A stretch of 64,000 nt of DNA from a virus (Duplodnaviria > Caudoviricetes), in the IMG/VR virus record IMGVR_UViG_3300044846_003573, one strand, 5' to 3'. Below the pieces are notes generated by a model. It saw nothing but the letters and a program-made list of their open reading frames with translations. It had not been told where the DNA came from and did no database searches. Positions 15,569 to 23,702 of this stretch are shown piece after piece. Both the position numbers and the translations under genes were made by a program. Every line of letters begins with the position of its first letter. The first letter of the stretch is position 1.

Positions 15569-17802
15569 TGAATAGTAATCAAAAAGAAATATTAGAAAGA
15601 GTATTGTTAATGATGAATTACGACTCGTCAAAGACACTGAATGAAAATACTCAGTTAATAACTGAACAATACACTTGGCCGACTATTTTACAACAAGGTT
15701 TAAAATTATCTAAAAATAATACACTTTCAGGACCTGAATGGGAAACTTATTTAAATGGATTAAGGGCGACTACTTTACCTGATTTAATGAAAATTCAAAA
15801 AGGATTTTCAGACGCAGGGTATGGAGCAATAAGCCCTGATTTTGGTTTACAAGGATTCAATAAACCAAATCCTACTCCGGCGTCTATAGTTTTGGAAAAT
15901 GATATTTACGTAAAATCTCTTAAAAATTACGAGAATAGAAAATCTAAAGGATTAAACGCCGGTATTAAACCAACAGGTCCTCAGTCAACATTAATACCCG
16001 CATTCCCTTTTCAAATGCAAAATTTATTTGGAAAAACATCAGGTCAATTGTTAGATGAACTTCAAAAACAAAAAACAGGTGCTCAACAAAATAAAACAGA
16101 ACAAAGGGCAGTTGCTTCGGGATGTATTTTTAAAAATAAAACAGAGGGTGATGCGTTTAGAGAATGGTTTAATAACTCTTACCCAAAATTAGCACAAAAA
16201 AATCAATTAGAAAGAAGTGGGGCGTTTTGTAATTCCTATATTAATAAAGCAGCAAATGCAACTTTTAACGAGGGTATGTTTAAAGGTAAAAAAGTTTATG
16301 ATGTTTACAAAGATTTAACCGCCGATTTAAGTGGATATAACCCTAAGTCAAAAATACCAAAAGTTGATATAACGGCTCAACGAGATAAACCACAATCAGA
16401 TGCTTCTAAGTTTATAAATCAAGAAAAACATAGAAGAGAAATGTCACAAATTCAAGAAAAAGAATACGCTGAAATTTTTGATTTTTCAAAATTCCCAACC
16501 GAATTACCATTAACACAATATAATAAAACAACAGGTGATTATGGGGGTTATGAATTTAATTATTGGACAGAACCTAATACAAAAATAAAAGTTTATATAC
16601 AAGGAAAAACTAAAGATGAGGTTTTTGATGAACTAATTGTTTTATATGAAGAAAAAAATAAAAAAGAAACAATAGATAAAGCATATAGTAATGAATTAAT
16701 TAATAAGTTATTTACTAAAGAAGCAATTGATTACGCTCTTCAAAATTGTGACGAAGAGGCTGTCGTGTCATTCTTCGAAGAAATAATGAATGGAACCAAA
16801 AAAAATAAAAATGGTAGAATTGTTGGGAAATATTATAGAAATTCTAAAGGACAATCTTTTATGGCGAAATGGGATTCAACAAAAATACCTTGTGAAAGCG
16901 CGTTTTGGAATGAATACGGATTATATATACAGTTGGGTGGTATGGTTGCGATTGCAATATTATCAGGTGGTTTAGGTTTAGGACCTTCGGCAACAATATT
17001 TCTTGAGTTAGCGGCCGATACTGCTCTTAATTTATATTCTTTAAAGAAAAGTGTTGATGCTCAAGATAATGATGCAATTAAAATGGACTTGGCGTATGTC
17101 TTTTTACCTTTATTAATGGCATCAGGTCCGGTTAAGGCGGCATTAAAATCTGCAAAATTTGGTGATGAAGTCATCAAATCTGTCGAATCAAAATTAAAAT
17201 CTTTACCTACTAATTCAACCAAAACACAAGTTGATAACTTGTTAAAAAATATGACACCCCAAGAGCAACGAGTTATTAAAGAACTTGGTACTGAAGAATA
17301 TAAAGACGTTGTTCAAAAGGCGAGTAAAGATGTGGTGGATGGTATTAAGAAAACTGCTAAAGCACCAATAGCTAGAAAAATATCTAATCCTTTAATTAAT
17401 ATTTTAGTTTATGGAACACCTGCTGTTACATTTTTGGTTAAAAAAATTAATGATATTTTTAGTCAAAAAATAGGTAAAAATATTAATGAAGAAGAACAAA
17501 AACTTTGGGAGTTAGCCCTTTCGTATTTTGATGAAACAGAACAAAATAAAATTTTACAAACTTTAAGTTCTTTAGATAGTCAAACAATGAATCAAATTAA
17601 AACAAAATTTGAATCAGGTAGTCTTGGTATAGAATGTAAAAAGGCTATTAATGAGGTAATTTCGGGTGGGAAAAAAGGAGTTGACGTTGAAAACGAAATG
17701 AAAAAACTTAATGAAAATTTAAGAAAATTAGATGAAGAATTTTTAAAGAGTTTAAATTTAGAAGACGAAATACAAATTTCTGATGAACCAATTACAAATT
17801 AA
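15568..17802 (+). CDS. Large putative virion-internal/ejection protein with hydrophobic helices
   Basis: TAATG coupling; leader ...TLNE..LITEQ; GGMVAIAILSGGLGLG hydrophobic block. Confidence 0.6.
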   Translation: MNSNQKEILERVLLMMNYDSSKTLNENTQLITEQYTWPTILQQGLKLSKNNTLSGPEWETYLNGLRATTLPDLMKIQKGFSDAGYGAISPDFGLQGFNKPNPTPASIVLENDIYVKSLKNYENRKSKGLNAGIKPTGPQSTLIPAFPFQMQNLFGKTSGQLLDELQKQKTGAQQNKTEQRAVASGCIFKNKTEGDAFREWFNNSYPKLAQKNQLERSGAFCNSYINKAANATFNEGMFKGKKVYDVYKDLTADLSGYNPKSKIPKVDITAQRDKPQSDASKFINQEKHRREMSQIQEKEYAEIFDFSKFPTELPLTQYNKTTGDYGGYEFNYWTEPNTKIKVYIQGKTKDEVFDELIVLYEEKNKKETIDKAYSNELINKLFTKEAIDYALQNCDEEAVVSFFEEIMNGTKKNKNGRIVGKYYRNSKGQSFMAKWDSTKIPCESAFWNEYGLYIQLGGMVAIAILSGGLGLGPSATIFLELAADTALNLYSLKKSVDAQDNDAIKMDLAYVFLPLLMASGPVKAALKSAKFGDEVIKSVESKLKSLPTNSTKTQVDNLLKNMTPQEQRVIKELGTEEYKDVVQKASKDVVDGIKKTAKAPIARKISNPLINILVYGTPAVTFLVKKINDIFSQKIGKNINEEEQKLWELALSYFDETEQNKILQTLSSLDSQTMNQIKTKFESGSLGIECKKAINEVISGGKKGVDVENEMKKLNENLRKLDEEFLKSLNLEDEIQISDEPITN

Positions 17803-17827
17803 CACATATTTATAAAAAAAAGAAAAA

Positions 17828-19213
17828 ATGAAAAAAGAAATTTTATCAGAAATTAATAGATTTAGAGAAATTAGTGGTTTGCCGTTGTTGATTGAAGGTA
17901 AAATACCTTCATCTTTTATTGACGATTTATCTAAACTTTTTAATAAATCATCAGACGAACTTTTTACGTCACTTGAAAAAAAAGAAATACCTTCATTAGA
18001 AAAAACACTCAAAACCGCTTTAGGTGATGATAGCGTAATTTTCGCTAAAAACTTACAAAAATTAAAAGCCGGAACTCTGTCACCAACATTAGAAGATAAA
18101 TTGTTAGCGTCATTAATAAGAAGTAATGATGATAGAATTAAAAATTTGGTAGAAACTACTTTTATAAAATCAAATCCTGATTTAAATCAAATCATTAATA
18201 GATTTACAAAAAGGGCTGATGGTTCATATTCTGAAATTCAACCAGGGTTAACTTATGATAAATATATTAGTAGAATGTCTCCTGAAAAATATACGGAATA
18301 TGTGAAATTACAAAATCAGTTAATTGACGCAACTGATTTAGGAGTACAAATGAAAAAATATCTAAAAGAAAGATTAGCATCTGAATTAACTTCACTTAAA
18401 ACTAAATCAATTACAACTCCTTCGGTTGAAAATATGTATAAATTATACGAACTACAAGCCAAAAAATTAGGTAAAAAACCAATTCCTATGTCCGATTTAA
18501 AACTAATTGAGGATGATATAATTAATGCTGGTGTAACACAAAAAGAAATGGTTAACTATATGATTGAGTTAAGTGGTGATGAAAAATCATTCTTAGAAAG
18601 AATGAAAATTTTTAGACAAGGTAAGAAAGAACTTGAGGGTATGGCCGGTGACTCTGTTGACGAATTAAAGAAAGGTTTATCAGGTTGGAAGAAAGGTGCG
18701 TTAGTAGTATTAGGACTTGCATTATTAGGTGGTGGTGTTTGGTATAACTGGGATAGGCTTAGATATGGTTCAAACAAAGATGTATGGAAAGAAACTTATA
18801 AAGAATCATTTAGTGATTTACCTAAAAATTTACAAAATTTTATTATTGCAAATTATGCCGGTTCTGCAGGTAGTGACCCAAACATTAAAAAAAATATCAA
18901 AAGTTTATTATTTGATAATGATGTTTTAACTATTACATTTATGGATAATACAAAAAATATTATTAAAAAAGTAACACAAGGAGAGAATGAATATTGGTCA
19001 GTAGTTGAAGGTGAACCTAAAAAAACTGAGGAAGATGAAATAATACCAACAACATATCCTAGAGATATTAATACTTCAACCGACACTAAAATTATAGATA
19101 AAATTAAAACTGATTATGGGTATGACATATCCGATTTTACTTCTGTTAAAGTTATTAGTGATAGTAAAGTTCAATTAGTTTTAAATGGTGAAACATATGA
19201 AATGTCATATTGA
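17828..19213 (+). CDS. Putative virion-internal protein with one TM helix
   Basis: MKKEILSEINRFREISGLPLLIEG; GALVVLGLALLGGGVWY. Confidence 0.6.
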   Translation: MKKEILSEINRFREISGLPLLIEGKIPSSFIDDLSKLFNKSSDELFTSLEKKEIPSLEKTLKTALGDDSVIFAKNLQKLKAGTLSPTLEDKLLASLIRSNDDRIKNLVETTFIKSNPDLNQIINRFTKRADGSYSEIQPGLTYDKYISRMSPEKYTEYVKLQNQLIDATDLGVQMKKYLKERLASELTSLKTKSITTPSVENMYKLYELQAKKLGKKPIPMSDLKLIEDDIINAGVTQKEMVNYMIELSGDEKSFLERMKIFRQGKKELEGMAGDSVDELKKGLSGWKKGALVVLGLALLGGGVWYNWDRLRYGSNKDVWKETYKESFSDLPKNLQNFIIANYAGSAGSDPNIKKNIKSLLFDNDVLTITFMDNTKNIIKKVTQGENEYWSVVEGEPKKTEEDEIIPTTYPRDINTSTDTKIIDKIKTDYGYDISDFTSVKVISDSKVQLVLNGETYEMSY

Positions 19214-21105
19214 TGGAATATATGAATAAAAATACTCTTTTAATTGAAAAAGAATTACCTAAAAAAGGTGATGGTACAAAAGAATTACCTAAAAAAGGTG
19301 ATGGTACAAAAGAATTGCCTAAAAAAGGTGATAGTACAAAAGAATTACCTAAAAAAGGTGATAGTACAAAAGAATTACCTAAAAAGGATACTCCTGAAAA
19401 AAGTGGTAAGGTTGATGTAACATTAGACCACCCAAAAGACCAAGCTCAAGGTGATGCTTTTAGAGCTTGGATGTCAGTAAATCGCCCGGATTTTAAATGT
19501 GGTAGTGACAAACTTGAAAATAAAAAAGGTATGTCATTTAAAAATAATTGTATAAAACTGGCTTGGAAGGATAACAAAGGAGATTTTTTAAAATTATCAC
19601 CACAACAACAAACTGAATTATCTAAAAAAGTTGAATTTCCAATTAATACTATTGATAGGTCAAATAAATTCAGAAAATGGTTAAAAAGTTTTCGTGTTGG
19701 TTTTTTCAAACAAAAAAATATTAGAGATATTATTTCAAATATCCAAGACGATGCTGATTCTATTAAAATCGCTTGGGAAGAATATGGTAATGAGTTTATT
19801 CAATTTTTACTTAATTCACCTAACTCAGCTTTACAAGCGTTAGGTAAACAAATTAAAGATGAAAACGAAAATTGGTTAAAAACTGGTGAAGGTCTTGATG
19901 TTGGGTTTGAAAAACAAATTGAATCAGAAAAAAGAAAATGCGAGCCTTGGACTTTAGGTAATTTATTTGAAAAAAAATATAAAAGAGAAGGAGTTGATAA
20001 ATTAAATCAAAAGGCTAAAGAATTTATCGAATGGTCAGGTGAAAAAGGTTGGTATGGTAATTTAGTACCATCTGATTTTTGTGGTTTTGATGCCAATGAT
20101 ATTGACTGGGATAATGATGTTTGGATGGATGAAGATAGTGGAGAACATCAAATTTACCAGCATCCAATTGTTAGATTATTGTCGTTACATAAAGTTTGGA
20201 TGAGAGACGAACTTACTCGTGTTGATAGGAAGAGTGATTTATTTACTAAGTTTTTAAAGGATAGTGGTGAAGAAGTTACACCATATGTTTCAGGTGGTAG
20301 AAGTGAAGAAGGACGAACTAAAAACGTTAGACTTTCAGATACACCTGCGGACTCAAGTGCTGAAGTAATTTTATCGGCAGGTGCTAACAGAAATTTATGT
20401 GTTAATTTAAGAAATGCTTTAAAATCATCTTCAGATAGAAGTGAAACAGTTCAAAGGGCTATTCAAATGTGTAATTCAAAAAATTCAAATTGGTTAAAAA
20501 CGGATTTAGAAAGTAGAGTGAAAACTAAATTAAAAGTATTTCAGGAAGGTAAAATGATTAAAGAAACTATTCAAAACAAATTAAAATCAAAGAAGAATGA
20601 AAAATCTTTGAGTACCCTATCAGAACAGTTTAACAAACAAAATTATAGAAAATTCTTCGATACGTTAACTAAATTTAGAAATAATAATATCAATGAAGCA
20701 ACCAATGCAGAATTTGAAAAATCATTTGACGTTGTTTTTCAAGGAAAAGAATCTGAATTTAAAAACAGAGCAATAGAATATATCTTAGGCAAATTGGAAG
20801 TTTCACCATCGTCTGAACTTGGTAAAAGTATTAAATCAGAATTAGATAAAGTATCTGCTAAAGATATGTTTAGAAATGAATATGATGTCCCTGAGGCAAT
20901 ATCAAAAGCAATTGAAACATCTTCACAAACAAATAATGGTGAACAAACGGGATTAAAAGGTATTGTATCCCAATCAATTAAATTTGACGATAAACAAATC
21001 AAACAAGGTGTTAGACAACATCTTCACGATTATATCGAAGGCGTTAAAGATGATATTAAGTCTTTAGAACAAAAATTAAAAAGTTCAATCATAAAAGACA
21101 TCTAA
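19213..21105 (+). CDS. Large hypothetical protein with KELPKKGD(G/S)T repeats
   Basis: TGATG coupling to the upstream gene; 630-aa ORF. Confidence 0.7.
   Translation: MEYMNKNTLLIEKELPKKGDGTKELPKKGDGTKELPKKGDSTKELPKKGDSTKELPKKDTPEKSGKVDVTLDHPKDQAQGDAFRAWMSVNRPDFKCGSDKLENKKGMSFKNNCIKLAWKDNKGDFLKLSPQQQTELSKKVEFPINTIDRSNKFRKWLKSFRVGFFKQKNIRDIISNIQDDADSIKIAWEEYGNEFIQFLLNSPNSALQALGKQIKDENENWLKTGEGLDVGFEKQIESEKRKCEPWTLGNLFEKKYKREGVDKLNQKAKEFIEWSGEKGWYGNLVPSDFCGFDANDIDWDNDVWMDEDSGEHQIYQHPIVRLLSLHKVWMRDELTRVDRKSDLFTKFLKDSGEEVTPYVSGGRSEEGRTKNVRLSDTPADSSAEVILSAGANRNLCVNLRNALKSSSDRSETVQRAIQMCNSKNSNWLKTDLESRVKTKLKVFQEGKMIKETIQNKLKSKKNEKSLSTLSEQFNKQNYRKFFDTLTKFRNNNINEATNAEFEKSFDVVFQGKESEFKNRAIEYILGKLEVSPSSELGKSIKSELDKVSAKDMFRNEYDVPEAISKAIETSSQTNNGEQTGLKGIVSQSIKFDDKQIKQGVRQHLHDYIEGVKDDIKSLEQKLKSSIIKDI
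19249..19386 (+). repeat. 4.6 x 30-bp in-frame tandem repeat
   Basis: AAAGAATTACCTAAAAAAGGTGAT(G/A)GTACA units. Confidence 0.95.
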
Positions 21106-21590
21106 AAACTTTTTTGAAAATCAATCCAAACTTTTTGTAAAGATTGACCCACAGAATCCGAAAATATAGTAGGTTCTGTGGGTTTTTTCATTAACTTCAT
21201 ATTAGTCTCACTCAATAACTTGTCTCCTTTCTTCGAATTACACGTTATACAACACGTAACTAGGTTATCCCATGTATTACCACCACCTTTTGATTTAGGA
21301 ACGATATGGTCTATTGTGAGGTCTTTTTTACTACCACAATAAACACAAGCGTTGTGGTCACGTTTCATGATTCTGTGACGATTAACACGAATTCGTCTAC
21401 GAGTGATTGAAACGTAGTTTAAAAGTCTAATAATAACGGGTCTAACGAGTTTTACGATACCACATACAACTGGCTCGTCAGATGATTTAACAATCTCTGC
21501 TTTTCCTTTATATACTAAATTAAATCCACGATTAAACGATGTAACATTTAATGGACTGTAATCTGAATTAAGCACCAATATTCCACTCAT
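21102..21590 (-). CDS. HNH endonuclease (McrA/HNH_5-like)
   Basis: LVLNSDYSPL; RD.NACVYCG...TIDHIVPKSKGG.NTWDNLVTCC..CN.KKG; TATATTTG (21596-21603) 5 nt upstream. Confidence 0.9.
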   Translation of the reverse strand: MSGILVLNSDYSPLNVTSFNRGFNLVYKGKAEIVKSSDEPVVCGIVKLVRPVIIRLLNYVSITRRRIRVNRHRIMKRDHNACVYCGSKKDLTIDHIVPKSKGGGNTWDNLVTCCITCNSKKGDKLLSETNMKLMKKPTEPTIFSDSVGQSLQKVWIDFQKSF

Positions 21591-21665
21591 AATGACAAAT
21601 ATATTAATAAAAATTTATTAAGACAAATTGAATTTTGCAATAAGTATTATTATACTTAAATTGTT

Positions 21666-21917
21666 ATGTCGGAAAACAAAATACAAATATCAGAAAAATA
21701 TAGAGATGATGTTAAAGGATTAACACATGATAAACTTATATTAGTTCCTTTGGAGGTATTAGAAAGTTTACATGATTTTTACACATGGAAAGAGTTTATT
21801 TCAAACCCAAACTTTATTGAAGAAAAATCATCTATTATTATTGAAAAATATGATAAAGTAAAATTTTCGTTTGATGACGAATGGGATAATTATAGTGGAA
21901 CACATTTTGGTTATTAA
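21666..21917 (+). CDS. Hypothetical protein
   Basis: 83-aa ORF. Confidence 0.55.
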   Translation: MSENKIQISEKYRDDVKGLTHDKLILVPLEVLESLHDFYTWKEFISNPNFIEEKSSIIIEKYDKVKFSFDDEWDNYSGTHFGY

Positions 21918-21919
21918 TT

Positions 21920-22093
21920 ATGTATTGTATTGTTAAGTATATTAAGGTAGATAAGAAAGAATTACCTGTTATTATTTTAAATTCTCAGGATGAAATTTTA
22001 GAATTTGATGATGAGAATAAAGCTGAAGAATTTAAATCAATTCTTCAATTGAATTCTGACTCAGGTTACAGATACGTTGTCAAGAAAATTTGA
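21920..22093 (+). CDS. 57-aa hypothetical protein (not in ORF track)
   Basis: MYCIVKYIKVDKKELPVIILNSQDEILEFDDENKAEEFKSILQLNSDSGYRYVVKKI*. Confidence 0.6.
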   Translation: MYCIVKYIKVDKKELPVIILNSQDEILEFDDENKAEEFKSILQLNSDSGYRYVVKKI

Positions 22094-22120
22094 TGTTGTC
22101 CCAAATTTTGTCTATATTTG
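22089..22120 (+). promoter_or_regulatory. Bacteroidota-type promoter for the tRNA
   Basis: TTTG (22089-92), 20 nt spacer, TATATTTG (22113-20). Confidence 0.75.
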
Positions 22121-22132
22121 TGACAAATAATT

Positions 22133-22209
22133 GCCTTCGTAGCTCAGTAGGATAGAGCAACAGATTTCTAATCTGTGGGTCAGGGGTTCGAATCCCTTCG
22201 GGGGTACCA
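22133..22209 (+). tRNA. tRNA-Arg (anticodon UCU)
   Basis: Cloverleaf: anticodon arm ACAGA-TTTCTAA-TCTGT, T arm AGGGG-TTCGAAT-CCCTT, encoded CCA. Confidence 0.95.
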
Positions 22210-22213
22210 CATT

Positions 22214-22241
22214 AAAAAAAGGGTTATTTAAACCCTTTTTT
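22214..22241 (+). terminator. Intrinsic terminator after the tRNA
   Basis: AAAAAAAGGGTT-ATTTA-AACCCTTTTTT. Confidence 0.8.
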
Positions 22242-22293
22242 ATTTTTTAAACTATTTATAAATCAGTTAAATAAATTTTTAAAGAAAGAACAG

Positions 22294-22911
22294 GTGAAGG
22301 AACTATTACCAACAATTATTACCTCAGTCACATCAATTGTTATAGCATTAATAACTGCGGGTTTCTTCAATATGATGAAGGAAAAAAGAGCGAAACAAAA
22401 CTCAAGAAACAAACTTTCTCAACAAATTGAAACAGATGAAATTGTTCACTCTACTTTAAGAGAAATCAGAAGAAAATATAACGCAGATAGAATATATGTC
22501 ATTCAGTTTCATAATGGTGGAAATTTTTACACATCATCAGCGATGCAGAAAGCGTCTGTAACATATGAAAGATGTTCTGATGGACTTGAAAGAATAACTG
22601 AAAAAATACAAAATGTGTTTGTAAGTCACTATAATTGGTTGATTAAACAAACTATGGAGGACGGATTATTTATTCACGATTGTGAACTTATCCCTGATAT
22701 TGCAACAAGAGCTTTAATTAAAAAGTTTGGAACACAATCTATGGTTTCATTACCAATTATGGACAGAGAAAACCATTTAATTGCTCTTCTTTGTATGGAT
22801 TGGGTATTCAGTGAACATGTTGAGGTATACTGTGAAAATGAGGAGTTTACAAAGAATTTCAGAGAGGACTTCAAAAAAGACACTCAGTCGGTTAGAAACT
22901 TTTTAATTTAA
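22294..22911 (+). CDS. N-terminal TM plus GAF-like domain protein (holin candidate)
   Basis: TIITSVTSIVIALITAGFF TM; ADRIYVIQFHNG...SMVSLPIMD...IALLCMDW GAF-like pattern; GTG start. Confidence 0.55.
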   Translation: MKELLPTIITSVTSIVIALITAGFFNMMKEKRAKQNSRNKLSQQIETDEIVHSTLREIRRKYNADRIYVIQFHNGGNFYTSSAMQKASVTYERCSDGLERITEKIQNVFVSHYNWLIKQTMEDGLFIHDCELIPDIATRALIKKFGTQSMVSLPIMDRENHLIALLCMDWVFSEHVEVYCENEEFTKNFREDFKKDTQSVRNFLI

Positions 22912-23675
22912 TAATCTAAATCAAAGTTTGGGCTACTAGCCGTATTACCAACCCATCCAGCAGTATCTATTTCATAAAAATATTCGGTATTATATTCTAA
23001 TTCTTCATTTGTCTCAACTTCTATTGCCATCGGTGATGCGTATACTAATATAGTTTCATTTGTATCTTCATAATCTGTGATTGTGTCAGAGTCAATTTTG
23101 TCATATCTGTTAAGTTTACTAATTTCTGATTTTAATTCTTCATTAATACTAAAATAAAAGTCTAATTTTAATTCGTAAGCGTCGCTTTTTTGTTGTTCAC
23201 CTGTACCACCACAGTCATAACAATCTTCAGTACCTCTACCCCCACAGGAATCACATTCACTTTTACCACCACCATCACAATTTGAACATGTTTCACCTTC
23301 GTCGTCTTCACCTTCACCACCACAATCAGAACATTCTACTTCACCTGAACCATCACATTCACTGCAACTAATTTCACCATCACCACCACAGTAATCACAG
23401 CTTTCCTGAACTTCAGTATCAAATACATTAGCAATTGCATAGGTAAATCTTTCATTATCTACTTTCCATAATATTGATTCAAATTCTTTTTCACCATTAT
23501 TAATGGCATTGATTAAAAATACCAATTTAACAAAATCCCATCCTTCTAACACGGACATCATTTGTTTATACGGGCCTTTACGGTCATTTAATTTTCTTGA
23601 TATTTGTGTAACATTTGTATCTTTAATGGATAAAGATAGCTTTTTCGCGATTTGAATTAATTTATTGTTTTCCAT
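22908..23675 (-). CDS. Protein with six DnaJ-type CxxCxGxG zinc-finger motifs, no J domain
   Basis: CDYCGGDG, CSECDGSG, CSDCGGEG, CSNCDGGG, CDSCGGRG, CYDCGGTG; no HPD. Confidence 0.75.
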   Translation of the reverse strand: MENNKLIQIAKKLSLSIKDTNVTQISRKLNDRKGPYKQMMSVLEGWDFVKLVFLINAINNGEKEFESILWKVDNERFTYAIANVFDTEVQESCDYCGGDGEISCSECDGSGEVECSDCGGEGEDDEGETCSNCDGGGKSECDSCGGRGTEDCYDCGGTGEQQKSDAYELKLDFYFSINEELKSEISKLNRYDKIDSDTITDYEDTNETILVYASPMAIEVETNEELEYNTEYFYEIDTAGWVGNTASSPNFDLDY

Positions 23676-23676
23676 A

Positions 23677-23690
23677 ATATTTATAAATAT
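23677..23690. promoter_or_regulatory. Second palindromic divergent late-promoter element
   Basis: ATATTTATAAATAT between divergent starts 23675 and 23703. Confidence 0.65.
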
Positions 23691-23702
23691 ACCATTTTTA
23701 TA

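Noticed and set aside
19249-19386. 30-bp repeats as a CRISPR array
   Set aside because: Units are directly adjacent with no unique spacers, are in frame in a CDS, and no cas genes are seen.
22133-22209. tRNA pseudogene because of several G-U pairs in the acceptor stem
   Set aside because: All arms, TTCGAAT, the encoded CCA, a promoter and a terminator are intact; G-U pairs are tolerated.
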